A stretch of DNA of 63,999 nucleotides, the filler included, from Octopus bimaculoides (taxonomy: Eukaryota): assembly GCF_001194135.2 (NCBI RefSeq). It is 6 parts of 6 records of this genome, joined end to end, with 100 filler letters (N's around TTAATTAATTAA, not from the genome) between each part and the next. Parts side by side here need not be neighbours in the genome. Positions count along the whole stretch, not along the records: positions 1 to 24,529 come from NC_069000.1; 5 more parts are not named here. One strand, written 5' to 3'. A program made the position numbers and the translations under genes. This document shows, piece after piece, positions 1-12,302 of the stretch. The notes under the pieces are model-generated. The model had not been told where the DNA came from and searched no databases. It saw only the letters and a program-made list of their open reading frames with translations. Position 1 is the first letter of the stretch, and every line of letters starts with the position of its first letter.

Positions 1-281
1 AATCGGCTGAAAGAAAGCATTGGATTTGAATTCTGTGATTATTCTTCGTAAAATTAGGAAACAGAAAATTAAACTGATCATTAATGACAAATTCATTATA
101 GCAGTCCTTGAAGTTTGAGCCAGTTTAATTAAATACACACAGACATTTTTACAATAACTGCATTAATGAAGTTAATTCTTTCTGGAACACATTTGCAGAA
201 TCTAAACGAACCGATCAGCTCAGAACTAAAGACTCGGCACATGGTTATATATTGATCATCCTCACTGTATGTGAATGTATG

Positions 282-316
<35 letters not shown>

Positions 317-330
317 ATATAACTGTATAT

Positions 331-500
331 AGGTGTAGACGTGGTCGCATAGTTAAGACTTTTGCTTCACAACAAAATGGTTCTAGGTTCAATCTTACTG
401 TGGAGCCCCTAGAGCAAGTGCTTGCTCCAATAATCTCTGGCTAACCAATGCTTTGTGAGTGAGATTTGGTCCAGAGCAAATATAGAGAAGCCACAGAGAA
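331..500 (+). mobile_element. tRNA-derived SINE (degenerate)
   Basis: A-box-like GTGGTCGCATAGTT and B-box-like GGTTCAATC; related copies near 3216-3430, 8570-8620, 21236-21390. Confidence 0.6.
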
Positions 501-712
501 CGGTTATCCTGAAAGTAATGCAAGAGTCGGCACAAGCGTTACGTTGATTTGGGTGGTTCAAATTGCAAATTCTAACTGTATGATATAAAAAAAAAACCAA
601 GCTCTCAGAAGAAATATTAGGTGATTGCTTACAGTAAATGTATCCTATAATTCCACAGGAACAAAAATAAAACAAATAAGACAAAAATTAGTAAAAATAT
701 GAAAAATTAAAT

Positions 713-718
713 TTTATT
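713..718 (-). terminator. Putative UTP4 polyadenylation signal AATAAA
   Basis: AATAAA about 12 nt after the stop, followed by a U-rich tract on the minus strand. Confidence 0.5.
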
Positions 719-730
719 GTTCCATCAAAT

Positions 731-850
731 TTATCCCATTCCAAATTTCTTGACTCTTAAAACAGGCAATAAATCATCTTCAAAATCCTTTGGAGTTTTT
801 TCTACAATAACCATTTGTCCATTCCTTAAGAAGCTGCTTCCAAGAATATA
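731..850 (-). CDS. UTP4: UTP4 terminal coding exon (YILGSSFLRNGQMVIVEKTPKDFEDDLLPVLRVKKFGMG*)
   Basis: Poly-T acceptor, TAA at 731-733, KKFG end. Confidence 0.92.
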   Translation of the reverse strand, partial: YILGSSFLRNGQMVIVEKTPKDFEDDLLPVLRVKKFGMG

Positions 851-3800
851 CTGAAAAAAAAAACAAATATAAAAAGTCAAGTAAAAAATGTAGAGAAAGT
901 AAAATAATGTTAAACAAATCTCTTTCAGAACAATGTAGCCGTGTGATCACATTGCTCTTGAGCAAAGATGGAGAAGCCCTGTTCTACAGCTGGATGCCCT
1001 TCCTGTTACCAACCTTTAACTGTCACTAAGGGATCTCTTACTCCACACAGTTTCAAAGGCATGAAATGACAGGATACAAGAAAGTAACAACCACAGCCAC
1101 TGTGATGCTGTGGATCCAAAATGGAAACACACACACACACACGTTTTCTTTCAGCTTCTGTCGCCAAATTCCCTCACAAGGTCCCCATCATGCAAGGGAT
1201 CCTTGTGAGGGAATTTATATTTAATTGCTGACTAATATATTTGAAGGAGAGAAGTGATGTTAAGCCAAGTGAAAGGATGCCTTTCATGGAAAGACCATTT
1301 TTTTTCTCCAAGCAAAATGTATCAAGGACTACATTATCTAAAATGTCCTTCTTCTTATAAGACAGCAGTGACTAATTTGAAGGGGCTTTTGTTAGCAAGT
1401 CAAGCAACCCTATAACAACTATTGAGTTGGTTCAGAACATAGTAGTAGTATCAGCAGCAGCAGTGACCCACCACCAGTTGGTTTGACAACTGATGTAGGA
1501 GTAAATGGTTTAGAGGAGAAAGAGGAACCACCACAATACAGGGGGGGGGGGTACACTGGTTGAATGAGTCAGGAAGTTTTCTTTGCACTGATGGTATTTC
1601 ACATTCAATCAATCCTACTTTGAGGCACCTTGAGCAAGTTTCTCATACCACAGCCTCAGGTGGACTCAAACCTTGTGAAATGACATAGATGGAAACTATG
1701 TGGAAGCCTGTTAAACTGATTGTTCCTGATGGTGGGCGGTAGGCTTAGCCCATCATTCCATTAAACATCACAAACTGAGCCTTAGATGCTTTCAGTGGAG
1801 ATCAACCTGCTACTAAAATTCAGCCTGGGTCTTCAACCCTTCCTCTCACTAGATTCAGAGAACCCTAAAAAGGGCCAAGGGTACTGCCCTTCCTCCCCTA
1901 ACTAAGCCATTAGAAAAAAATCATTGTAAAGGAATAATTACCTTGAATTTATTTACGATATGAAAAGCGTGGGCCTCACTGTGTGGTCCCTGGTGACCAA
2001 ATACTTTAAAATGAACCTTCGGGTCTGGGAATGGCTAAAGAGAGAAAAAAAAAAAAGAAAGTGTATGAGAAGAGGAAACCTTGTTGTGCTCTTATTTTGC
2101 ATATTTCAGATGTTTTATTGTACTGCAATGGTAGTTGAGGGGTTTAGCTGTCAGTGAACTCTTTCAGGGGTTTAGCTGTTTGTGAACTCCTTTAGCAGCC
2201 ATCATTTCTAGTGTAATTTCTGAAGAATAAGAGGTTGGAAGTGAAGTTGTTTGTTTCGTTGATGATGGAACCTTCTCCTTACTCTTTCCGACAGGGGTTG
2301 ATTTGATAAGAATTTAACTGGAACATTAATGGCATCAAGCTCACCAATCTGTGAAGCGTCCACAAAAGTCATGGGTATTGCTTCTTCCTCCACATTAAGC
2401 AAGTAAAACAGAAAGGTGGCTTGAGGGAACTCGGTTGCTATTTCTAGCAATCTGAGTGACTGCCCAGATCCTTGTATAACCAACAATAAGTTACACAAGT
2501 GATACAAAAACATTATACAAGTGTTGCAACAGCTTACAATTGTACTTTTAGAAGAAGTCAAAATAATTTTTACCTGGTTTTTAACCAGCAGACAGATCAT
2601 CTCTTCATCTTGAAGGATTAACTGGTTTGGGTTTAATGGATTATAGCTAACATTGGTGATTTTCCTTCGTCTTGAAAGCCACTGAGAATGCCATTTTTTC
2701 TTAATTTGTTTTGACCAACGAGTGAAGTTATTTTCTGTTAAATTAAATTCTTGAAACTAAAGAGAAAAAAAGCAAAACAAAACAAATTTTAAAATAAATA
2801 AACAAGAACAACAATAATGATGGAAATTTTAAGTGAAATCAAATCAAAATCGCTGACAATAGGGTGTAACGTGTGGAAGATTTGGCTGCTATTTCCAGCA
2901 GGTCGAGCAACCATGTAAAAGTTCCCTCACTTGTTTATTGCTATTGGCAAAGCATCAACCAATTGGATGAGCTCTTCTTTCATGAAGCCACAATCGATAG
3001 GTGATCAATAATTGATTAAAGACCCACTTACTTGCATGTTGCTGTAGACAATGAACAACATTGGTAACGATGGATGGAACGTTATTGCAGTCGGCATTAC
3101 TCTCTGAAGTGGTACCGTGGTCACATGCTACAAAAAAGAAATGTTAATTAGTATTGCTAATTAGTATATTTTTCATCTCCACTCAGCACATTTCTTTTCC
3201 ACAATCAGAGGTGAAAGTGTGTGGCCTGGTGGTTAGAGTGTTGCACTCACAATTCTAAAATCATGGTTTCAATTCCCAAGCAGGTGCTGCGTTGTGTTTT
3301 GGGGCCAAAACACTTCTTTTCTTTCATCTCTAAACAATAGCAGCAGGAAAGTTAACCTTGTGATGGACTAGAGCCCATCCAGGGAGAAGTGTTATCATCT
3401 CAGCCCCTTAGAAACTGAGATAAGTCCTGGTCTTATGAGTCCCAAGTCTTTTTCTTAGGTGTTTTTTTGTTTGTGTCTAACAACCTTCTGTTACTTCAGA
3501 CAAAATCTTCACAGATGAACATGTGAATAACACATCATAAGTTTTGGCAAAGCAATATAAACCCAACTAATTAGTAAAATCATTAAATAGATTGGTTTCT
3601 GGTAATTGTTATAGATTTTTGTATTCTGAGTTTTGAATACTGCCAAGGTAAACTTTGCCTTTCATCCTTTTTGGGGGTCAATCAATAAAGGACCACCTCT
3701 CTAATTATCTTTCTTTCTTTCACTTTTTCATTCCTTTTGTCTCTCTTTCTGGAAGAAATCAGCTGCAGTCAAACCTGGAGAGGGATGAACTCCTCCAAGT

Positions 3801-6800
3801 CTTAAAATACATAAGATACACCACATGTCATGATGGTTCCTCTATGAACCCACCAAGGAATAGCAAGAAAGGAAGGAAGGAAGAAAAGCAATACAAGATG
3901 GAGAAAGCGTTTCCAGTTTTGTAAGACAAGATCTCTTTATAAATTGTCAGAAATAAATTGGTCCAACCAAATTCATCTTCTCTCCTTTTCACACACACAC
4001 ACACTCTCTCTCTCTCCCCCCACAGAAATGTATCTGTTTTAAAATGGCAAATTTACTGTTACTCAAACAACAACAACAGCCACTGCCGCCACCACCACCC
4101 AGACCTTCGGTGCCTTTAGTATTTGCACCATGTCTCAGGTTCCTTCTTCCCTTTCTTCCATTAGTTTTGAAACTTCTGCTCAAAAATGCCAAAGGTCTAC
4201 TCCTTAAACTCCCCTGACTAAGCCAAAACAAGAATCTCCTTAAATAAAAATGCTTCAAGACCATTAGGGTGACTCGAAGGAAAGAAATAAAATATTGGAA
4301 CTTGTTGTTTTTATTTCAGCTGGAACCATTCTTACCTCTCCAGAAACTGTGTCAAAGACATTGACCTCTTGACTGCTATTTGCTGTTGCAACATATCGGC
4401 TGTCGCTGCTCACTTCCAGCAGGTGTATTGACTCTGCAATTCCTGGTGCACATTTAGAATGCAATGGAAGAAGAAAAAGAAAAACTCAATATTTTTAGAA
4501 TTCTATTTTGTCTTTTCAGTTCATCAAAGAATGTTTGCCTTGGAACCTTGTTTCCAGACCTAAACAAACAAACACACCAACAACTTTGAAACCCCAAGGA
4601 AATCCACATCAAGAATGAAGCAGGGGATTCTTAAAATTTCCATTCTGTTGTTGTCAATCTAGTCTGGATGAAAGCCCACCCCACCACATTGTCAAGGGGT
4701 CCTGTCTTGTGAGTTACATGGTGACCCCTATTGGTGCTGGTGCCACATAAAAGAACACCCAGTATTCTGCGTAAAGTGGTGGTCATTAGGAAGGGTATCC
4801 AACCATAGAAATCAAGCCAAAACAATCCAGTCCGTACCAGCTTGGAACACAACATCAAATGAAAATGATGATATTGAACACACACACACACACAAGTCAA
4901 CTGCTGGAGTCATTTATGTGGTTACTTATTTATTTGATGGTCAAACATTTCTATGGCCTCTCAAAGTCCACCATTAACTCCGACTACACACAGGATAACG
5001 AATAAATAAAAGAATTAACCCCCCCCCCCCCCTCCCCACTTCCCTCATTGTTGTTTAAAAGAAGAAAAAAAGAAAGAAACTTACCTTTCGCTGGATTGAT
5101 GCAGGTGATTTCGTTGTCTTCAAAATTAAGGATTTGTAAGGTTCCAGCATTTGTAGCGAGAATAAATTTGGAAGAGTCATGAGTGAAGACCATTTGATGT
5201 GCAGGTAACAGCATGCTGCTGAAGTTTTTCAGGTGTTCGACTGCTGGACAAGAAGGTAACTGACTCGGGTCAGTAACCTGTAGGAAGGTGAAAAGGTGAG
5301 AGGAGATTGCAGATCCATATATCTACACATATATATATATATACAAACATTTATAGACATCCATATATATACATACTATGTCGTGCTTCAGAAAAAGACC
5401 CATCAAGCTGAGCTAAATTGCAGTTGTGACAGATACCAGAGTCATGCAAATGGCACCCATACCTGTGGCAGGTAAAAGCACACATTACACTCTGAGAGTG
5501 GTTGGTGTTAGGAAAGGCACCCAGCGGTAGAAAACCCTGCCAAACCAGACTAGGGTCTGGTGCAGCCTTCCAGCTTACCAGCCCCGGTGAAACTGTCCAA
5601 CCCATGTCAACATGGACGACAAGAATTCTTTCAAGGCTAAAACAATGTTGTTTACTTGTAACATACATAAAATCTGCTTTGCTAATCTCCATTCTTTACA
5701 TTATATATAGACACACACACTCATATATGTATGTATGTACATTTGACAACTGGTGTAGGTTTGTTTACATCCCCACAAGTTAGTTGTTCAGCAAAAAGAG
5801 ACTGATTTGATTGACTAAACCTCTTCAAAGTCCACTGATTGAAGCAAGCAAAAGGTAAAAGGAGTGAATTTCTCTGGAAATATTGTCACAAAATGGTTGG
5901 AAGCAAAAAAAAGAGATGAAATGGAGAAGAGAAATGACTCACCAGATTTAAGCAATAAATACGAGAGTCTGTTGTTGTAGAATATGCTACCATTTTGGCA
6001 TCACTCGTTAACGCACAACAAATGACAGGTCTGTCATGTTTGCTCTTCAACTGGACCTGGTTTCTTGGTTGTTTTTCCAATGTCAGGATTTTTTGATCCC
6101 CTGCAAACATAAAAACACACAAACTTAAGATTAAAGGATCTTATAAGGTTATATTCTGCAGGTCAGGAAGGGATGGAGACATGTGTACAAAAAGCAGGTT
6201 GGATGGTCATCAGTCACTGATGTCCAGGTTAGTCTTGGTCAAAGGTGTTCCAATCCCTGCCTTTTGTTTTAATAAATAGATTTGACTGTTATTTCTAGCA
6301 TGCTGAGAGACCATGTAGTGATCCTCTCACAGGTTCATGAGGAATATGTGTGTGTGTGAGAGAGAGGTGAGGGAGGGAGAGGAATTTTTTTTTACAGTTT
6401 GCTGCAGCAGAACAGCCAGACCTAAAAACTTGGTCTCCAAAACTATTTACCATCTTAAAATTAGGAAAGACAAAATGGACAATGTATTCTTCCAGCTGAA
6501 CAATTTTTGACTAAGGAGGACTTGGAGCCAACCAAAAACTTTTGGTTGCTTATGCAATAAGTAACGAGATGGTGAGCACTTACCTGTTTTCCCGGAGGCT
6601 TGTCCCAAATCCCAAATTTCAAGGTAAGTGGGATACTGTAACAACAACACGTTGGCATCGGCAGCAGTGTGGACCAATTTCTTCTACAAAACAAACCATG
6701 ATTGAATTGGATTAAAAGAAATGTTCAATCCAAATTAAGATTTGGGTAAAATTATTTTAAATGACTGCATATCAATTTATGAAAAACTAATTACCTTTGA

Positions 6801-8842
6801 GGGTATCAAAGGTAATTTTGAAAGCTACAACATCCTAACTCTGACAATAGAAAAGATAGGGTAAGGAGAGAGAGAGAGAGAGAGAGAGAGACATCAGTGG
6901 GTAAGAAGTTGGAGTGGGATGGTGAAAGAACCCCATCACCACCACATAAATCAGGTGACTTCTTTTTGAGTTGCACAAGCAACACTGTTTGTCTGGACAG
7001 CAGCAGCACTATCTCTGATGTGGGTGCTGTATTCCATTGAGGATTATTCTTCAGTGACATTATTAAAGAATTTAAAGAATCTTTGACTGACTTACCTGAG
7101 GAATTCCACTGTATTTGAAACATTTCTTCTTGGGTGAAATAAGGGAAATGAAAGAATCAGCTCCTGGAAATGAAGAATGGTTGATGTGAGTATTTGATAG
7201 GTTCTTAGAAGACTGATACTTCGCACAATGACTGTGATGGATCTAGACACCCCACTCACCCACTTTGGTAGTGAAGGTCATCTAATGTGTTAACAGGAAC
7301 TTAACTATTGTTTCCTGTGTGTGTGTGTGTTTATATAGGTCTGGAAAAAAAAACTACTGCTGATTATGTCATTTGCCTTTATGTCCTGTCAACTTAGCAG
7401 ATTAGCAAATTAGAGAACAATAAAATAAGTACAGCATTTAATATGAGTGCCGAAAAGCTTGACAGCAATGCCCCAGCATGGCAGCAGTTCAATGAGTAAA
7501 ACTAGGAAAAGTCAACAGACACACGTCTATTTTGAGAGACAATTGCTATTTTACTTGCCATTTGAACCAAGGACCTTAGGGTTTACCTACAGCAGACTTT
7601 CCACCCCTAACCCACTGTGTAAGAGGAAATGCTTCTAATTACTTACCTCCACTGACAAGCTCATCTTTGATGAATACCAAAGAGTTAATATCATGGGACT
7701 GGAAGTTCTTTGCAAAAGACTGGACCCATCTACTCTGTTCACGAGCAGCAGGAGTGGCCCCAAACTTGCCCTTTAACTTTTTAGCAGGTAAACCATCCGT
7801 CTCTTCTGACAGGAGCTCAAACCAAATAAGTTTTGGGTCGACACCACTGCAAACCACAGTTTTCTCATCCTGCCAACAGAAGGTAACAACACCATTAATC
7901 ATTATTAGTCATCATATTTCAATCATTAATCCAATAAAGATGTCTTTAAACAGCTACTTGATATGCTAGCAATAGCAACTAAATTGTTCTCAAATCAAAT
8001 TTTTACCATTTTAAAAGAAAAGGAACCCTAATTTAATCTCAGGTGGATAAAAATTAGACAGGTCAATCAGAGAACCAAACCGACAATGGCATGCAATGGG
8101 AATGAACACTGAATTCTCACTAAAAATTCAAGAAGCTATATATACCTAAGTTAATTCAAATTTCCTAAGAATTATTGCCCAAACGCCTCTTAATACCAAC
8201 CCACCTAAGCTGCCCCTGGTTCTATGCAACAGAAATCCAGGAGCAAAACAAGAATCAAAATAAAGACATGGCTCACCTTGCTGACAGCTAAACACAGAAT
8301 GTCTGCCCTGTGACTAAAGAAACTCTGCAAAGAACAGAAAATAAGTCAATAAGATCTTGTGATGTTCATACCATTCCCAAAGACATGAGAATAAGAAATA
8401 TAACAATTCCAAATGCAAATTAAAATCAGAGTTAGATGGGGTATTCAGTGTGTGAAGAATTATAAAAGGAGACAAGTACGACAGCTGAGAAATTGTATCC
8501 CAGAGAAACAAAGAATTTTGTCCCATTTATGCTTTTCTTAAAAAGCATTAACAATGGCTACAAGCTTGGCCGTGTGGATAAGAAGTTTACTTTACAACCA
8601 CATGGTTCTGAGTTCAGTCCCTTGATGATGGAGTTGTTTAGTAAAGAATCTTACCATTAATTCAGTGCCATATTTGCCATCCCAGAATGTAATTCTGCCC
8701 TGGGAATCCCCACTGACCACAGTCAAATTACTACAAGAGAAAAAAAAAGCAAAAGAAAGTCAAAAATTAATTGGAATTTAGAAACGACACAAAAAGAACA
8801 AAAGAAAAATGTTGCCATTGCATGTCAACTTCAGTACTTAAG

Positions 8843-8874
<32 letters not shown>

Positions 8875-11800
8875 ATGGAGGCCTGGCTGTACAATTAAGA
8901 AATTCACTTCCCAACCATGTGCCATGCAGTTCCGATGCATGGTACCTACAGCAAATGTCTTCTGAAGCTCAAAGCCTTACTAAATTCTTTGTTATATTTA
9001 AAATTAATTGAAAGAAACACAGAGCATCTCAACTGAAATATGGTAACAAAAGGGTTAAATAAGAGTGACGGCTACTTGAAAGCAAACAGAATTTAGTTGA
9101 AGACAGAAGACAATCTCTGAGACAGAATTCACTGATTCTGAACCCAGGAAGAATTATTAAAACTTAAGTGAATCATAATCTGATAAATTTATGAAGAACA
9201 GAAGAATACGATGCAAAGTATTACTGACGCTAAAATTTTGATGCACCAAACAATGGTCTGTTTTTGTTTGTGTCTCTTCATGGTGAACCTCTCAACTGCA
9301 ATTCCTGAATTGGCATTCCACACGCGAATATTATCAATTCCACCGGTGACGATGATTTCTTCAGCTTGGTGCCAATCCAAACAAAGAATTCGACCTGAAA
9401 TAAAGCAATCAAAACATCTGGTATGTTATTGCATTTAGTTGATCTTAATTAATTAATTAATCTAACATTGTGGGGTCAATCTCCATGACATTCTCAGTTT
9501 CTTCCCTCTCATAAATGGTAGATATTATTGCTAGGGGTTAATATGGTTCTTAGGGAAGGGGAAAAGGGTCAAAAGTATGGGTTCTTTTTTTTCCTGATAT
9601 AATCAAAGAAGAAAGGGCAGCATATAGAGGGTCACAGAAAATATTGAAGGGAAGGTAAAAAGGAAATATTTCATCAGTTGTTCTTCAGACAGGGGAACTG
9701 GTTTCAATGCAAATAAAGGTATCTTCTGAGGGCCAAATAATGGGGTTAAGCCAGGCAACAGGTCAAGACTACAGTCACTGACAGGCTTCTGTGGTGTTCC
9801 TGTCCAGCCAGGCTGTGGTGGAAGTCACCTGCTCTACATTTCACACACACACACACACAAACGCCAAGCAAGAAATAAAATTTCCCAACAAAGGGAACCA
9901 TGAATGGATGGACTGACCTTCCTGTTTGCTGAAGGTTTTCAGATAATTCAAGCAACCATTCTCCACATCAAATAAAACCACACAACCTCCGTCTGTGCCA
10001 ACCTGGGGAAGAAAAAAAACCTTCAAGCATGAAATATTATAGAGATGAGATTTGTTAGTAGTTGGAGAGGTAGCTGATGTACTTGCTCAAGGTTTGATAG
10101 TTTATGTCTTGCCCCTCACATCATGTTGACTGAGCAGACCTTATGAACAAAACCAATCCAGTTATGTGCACTCCTTAAGGATGCAGTGTCTTGACAGAAA
10201 ACATACAAGGGGTTAGCCATCACTCTATATTGATAGAAGTTAAAAGAAATCTACTCACAGCAATTCGAGTATTTGAGTGATTTTTCACCGAACACCAAAT
10301 CGGACCAGCATTGCAATGAGCCTTCATCTAAAACAAAAGAAATCAGAGATTAAATTAACGAATATGAGTTGTTACACACAGGTCATTACTTGTTAGTAGA
10401 TTAATTAACGAGAGCTTATATAGATTAATTAATATTAGCCAATGCGTACTGACAGAGTAGTGGTTAATATTAATTAAAGAGAGCTTATTTAGATTGGTTA
10501 ACATTAACGAGAGCTTAACACTGTTCGACTGTCTTTCTCATTGCTTTTAACGTCCACTTTTCCATGCTTGTATGGATCAGATGGAGTTTAGTGAAGCAGA
10601 CCAGGTGCTCTTCCTGTCATCAACTCTCACTTGTTTCCAAATAAGGTAATATTTCCCCATGGCCAAACATGTTTTAGCAGAATAATGGAAATGAATGATA
10701 TTGCTTTTGTCTACAACCATTGCACGATATCAAGAGAACACATACACACACAACGGAGAAGAAAGAAATGAAGAGAAATGAAAACAAAGACAGAATGTTA
10801 ATGTCTTACTTTTGGTTCAAGTTTGACAAGATCATATTCTACAACTTCTCCAGAACCTCCAGCTGAGAACAGTCGATTGGAAACCCAGAGTATCGTTTCA
10901 ATAGGATGGTCGATGTCACCAGGAATCACCTGAAACAAAGAAGCAGCACAAAAAATTAATAAGGTTTCTAAAACTAAACACAGGGATTTGTTACGGTTGG
11001 CTGGTGCAAGCCATTACCTGTCTTCAGATGTTACCTAGAGGAAAGGGACAATGCCCATGGTGGGTGAGATTGGTACCATTAATGTTCCAATTGTATATCA
11101 CATGTAGGAAGGACAAGTAAATGGGTGGATAAGCAGCTGGTTTAGATAAACAACTGGCTACTTATCTAGCTAGCTATAGGGACAAAAAGATGCAGAGATA
11201 GATAAAGAGACAAGTGGTTAAGTAAACAGACAGATAAATGGGGGTCCTGAGAAAATAAAAGCTTGCGGGCCCTGTCTCTTCTCTTTTGATTAAGCCATAA
11301 GAATATTTTCCTTTAACTCACAAACAAAATCCATTTCGTGGATGATGTTAAAAGTTTTAGTTCTTTCCCTCAGCTTACCAAACCAAATATCTTTAAATCT
11401 CAGACATTTCCCATACAGAATATGCAGAATTATTTCAGGTTCTTCGGAGATGACAGAATCATTAGCATTTCGGACAAAAATGCTTGGCAGCATTTCTTCT
11501 GACTCTTTATGTTTCACATCAAACACCACTAGGGCCAACTCTGCCTTTCATCCTTTTAGGGGTTCAGTCTTGGGTTTGCTCTAATTCCCTTCCCCTAAAA
11601 CTGCTGGCCTTGTGCCAAAATTCGAAACCATTATTGGTTCTTCAGGGAAAGAGGAATTCTAAAATAATTTACCTTTTCTTTGTACCAGTTTCCAAGAATT
11701 TCAATGGAGCCATCAGTTCTGAAAAGAATGTGAGAATATTTTATTTAATCAGTTATGAAAAAACTTCTTTCAGTTTCCTTCAAGCAAATCAACTCACAAA

Positions 11801-12302
11801 GGCTTCAGTTGGCTGAGGGCCGTAGCAGTATGACACTCCCCCCACCCCCCACAAAGATGGGAAACAAACTTGTGAACCACACAGACACATCTGCAATTAT
11901 CATTAATCACAACTGCAAAAACGAGCCTCCACTTGGTTGCTCCATTCACTAGAAATAGCAGCCAAATTCCATCAATTCACTTCTAACTATCTTAGAAGTG
12001 CACTGAGTCCAAAGAGACAATGCCTAAATAAAAGATGGGATGGTCAAATGGTTTGATGGCCAGAATGCTCTTGATTTACAGATCTGCTTGACCAGAGCTG
12101 ACCTGGGACAAAACAGCAACAACCACAAGCATTTTACATTTAACAATTTTCATGTTACACACAGACACACAGAAAGCTGAGAGTAAAGAATAGTTTACCG
12201 TGATAAGGCCAACTTTTTGTTTAGTTCATTGTAAGAGAAACACTGGATCCCCAACACTTTGGGAGAGAAAAATCTGACTTGGTGAACTTTAAAGTCCCCC
12301 AT
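731..12302 (-). CDS. UTP4: U3 snoRNA-associated protein 4 (UTP4/Cirhin), WD40 protein; 18 coding exons, 2055 nt, 684 aa
   Basis: Exons joined by hand, all GT-AG with consistent phases: 12302-12199, 11718-11673, 10929-10810, 10327-10259, 10002-9918, 9394-9229, 8730-8655, 8324-8277, 7869-7647, 7163-7096, 6683-6584, 6100-5943, 5277-5085, 4442-4336, 3127-3032, 2756-2574, 2034-1942, 850-731. N-terminus MGDFKVHQVRFF..LALSRTDGSIEI and C-terminus ..VIVEK..LRVKKFGMG* match recalled vertebrate UTP4 (MGEFKVHRVRFF..LAVSRTDGTVEI; ..KKKKFGT). Confidence 0.95.
1942..2034 (-). CDS. UTP4: UTP4 coding exon 17 (PFPDPKVHFKVFGHQGPHSEAHAFHIVNKFK)
   Basis: Splice sites; AHAF.I..(Y/F)K motif. Confidence 0.88.
2574..2756 (-). 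CDS. UTP4: UTP4 coding exon 16 (FQEFNLTENNFTRWSKQIKKKWHSQWLSR..)
   Basis: Splice sites; T.WS..WL..I..SY.P pattern of the UTP4 C-terminus. Confidence 0.9.
3032..3127 (-). CDS. UTP4: UTP4 coding exon 15 (HVTTVPLQRVMPTAITFHPSLPMLFIVYSNMQ)
   Basis: TTTTGTAG acceptor, GTAAGT donor. Confidence 0.9.
4336..4442 (-). CDS. UTP4: UTP4 coding exon 14 (IAESIHLLEVSSDSRYVATANSSQEVNVFDTVSGE)
   Basis: WD repeat, splice sites. Confidence 0.92.
5085..5277 (-). CDS. UTP4: UTP4 coding exon 13 (VTDPSQL..AHQMVFTHDSSKFILATNAGTLQIL..)
   Basis: Splice sites, F..DSSK motif. Confidence 0.9.
5943..6100 (-). CDS. UTP4: UTP4 coding exon 12 (DQKILTLEKQPRNQVQLKSK..VAYST..RIYCLNL)
   Basis: Splice sites, AYST motif. Confidence 0.92.
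6584..6683 (-). CDS. UTP4: UTP4 coding exon 11 (KKLVHTAADANVLLLQYPTYLEIWDLGQASGKT)
   Basis: LL.Q...LE.W.LG motif, splice sites. Confidence 0.92.
7096..7163 (-). CDS. UTP4: UTP4 coding exon 10 (ADSFISLISPKKKCFKYSGIPQ)
   Basis: TTTCCAG acceptor, CAG|GTAAGT donor, phases fit both neighbours. Confidence 0.82.
7647..7869 (-). CDS. UTP4: UTP4 coding exon 9 (DEKTVVCSGVDP..HDINSLVFIKDELVSG)
   Basis: Within ORF 7639-7902; splice sites; HD..SL...LVSGG motif. Confidence 0.92.
8277..8324 (-). CDS. UTP4: UTP4 coding exon 8 (SFFSHRADILCLAVSK)
   Basis: TTTGCAG acceptor, GTGAGC donor. Confidence 0.9.
8655..8730 (-). CDS. UTP4: UTP4 coding exon 7 (NLTVVSGDSQGRITFWDGKYGTELM)
   Basis: Splice sites plus SGDS.G.I.FWD motif. 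Confidence 0.92.
9229..9394 (-). CDS. UTP4: UTP4 coding exon 6 (RILCLDWHQ..GGIDNIRVWN..TIVWCIKIL)
   Basis: WD-repeat motifs; GC|T phase-2 junction confirmed by next exon. Confidence 0.93.
9918..10002 (-). CDS. UTP4: UTP4 coding exon 5 (VGTDGGCVVLFDVENGCLNYLKTFSKQE)
   Basis: CAG acceptor, GTCAGT donor, phase fits. Confidence 0.9.
10259..10327 (-). CDS. UTP4: UTP4 coding exon 4 (MKAHCNAGPIWCSVKNHSNTRIA)
   Basis: TTTTAG acceptor, GTGAGT donor, GPIW motif. Confidence 0.9.
10810..10929 (-). CDS. UTP4: UTP4 coding exon 3 (VIPGDIDHPIETILWVSNRLFSAGGSGEVVEYDLVKLEPK)
   Basis: Splice sites plus RLFSAG..GE..EYDL motif. Confidence 0.93.
11673..11718 (-). CDS. UTP4: UTP4 coding exon 2 (TDGSIEILGNWYKEK)
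   Basis: TTTTCAG acceptor, GTAAAT donor, phase fits. Confidence 0.9.
12199..12302 (-). CDS. UTP4: UTP4 coding exon 1 (MGDFKVHQVRFFSPKVLGIQCFSYNELNKKLALS-R)
   Basis: ATG at 12302, acceptor AG at 12321-12322, donor GTAAAC. Confidence 0.93.

Noticed and set aside
2135-2200. Possible intronic C/D snoRNA in UTP4 intron 16
   Set aside because: C-box is imperfect, no terminal stem; better explained as a short tandem duplication of GGGTTTAGCTGT..GTGAACTC.
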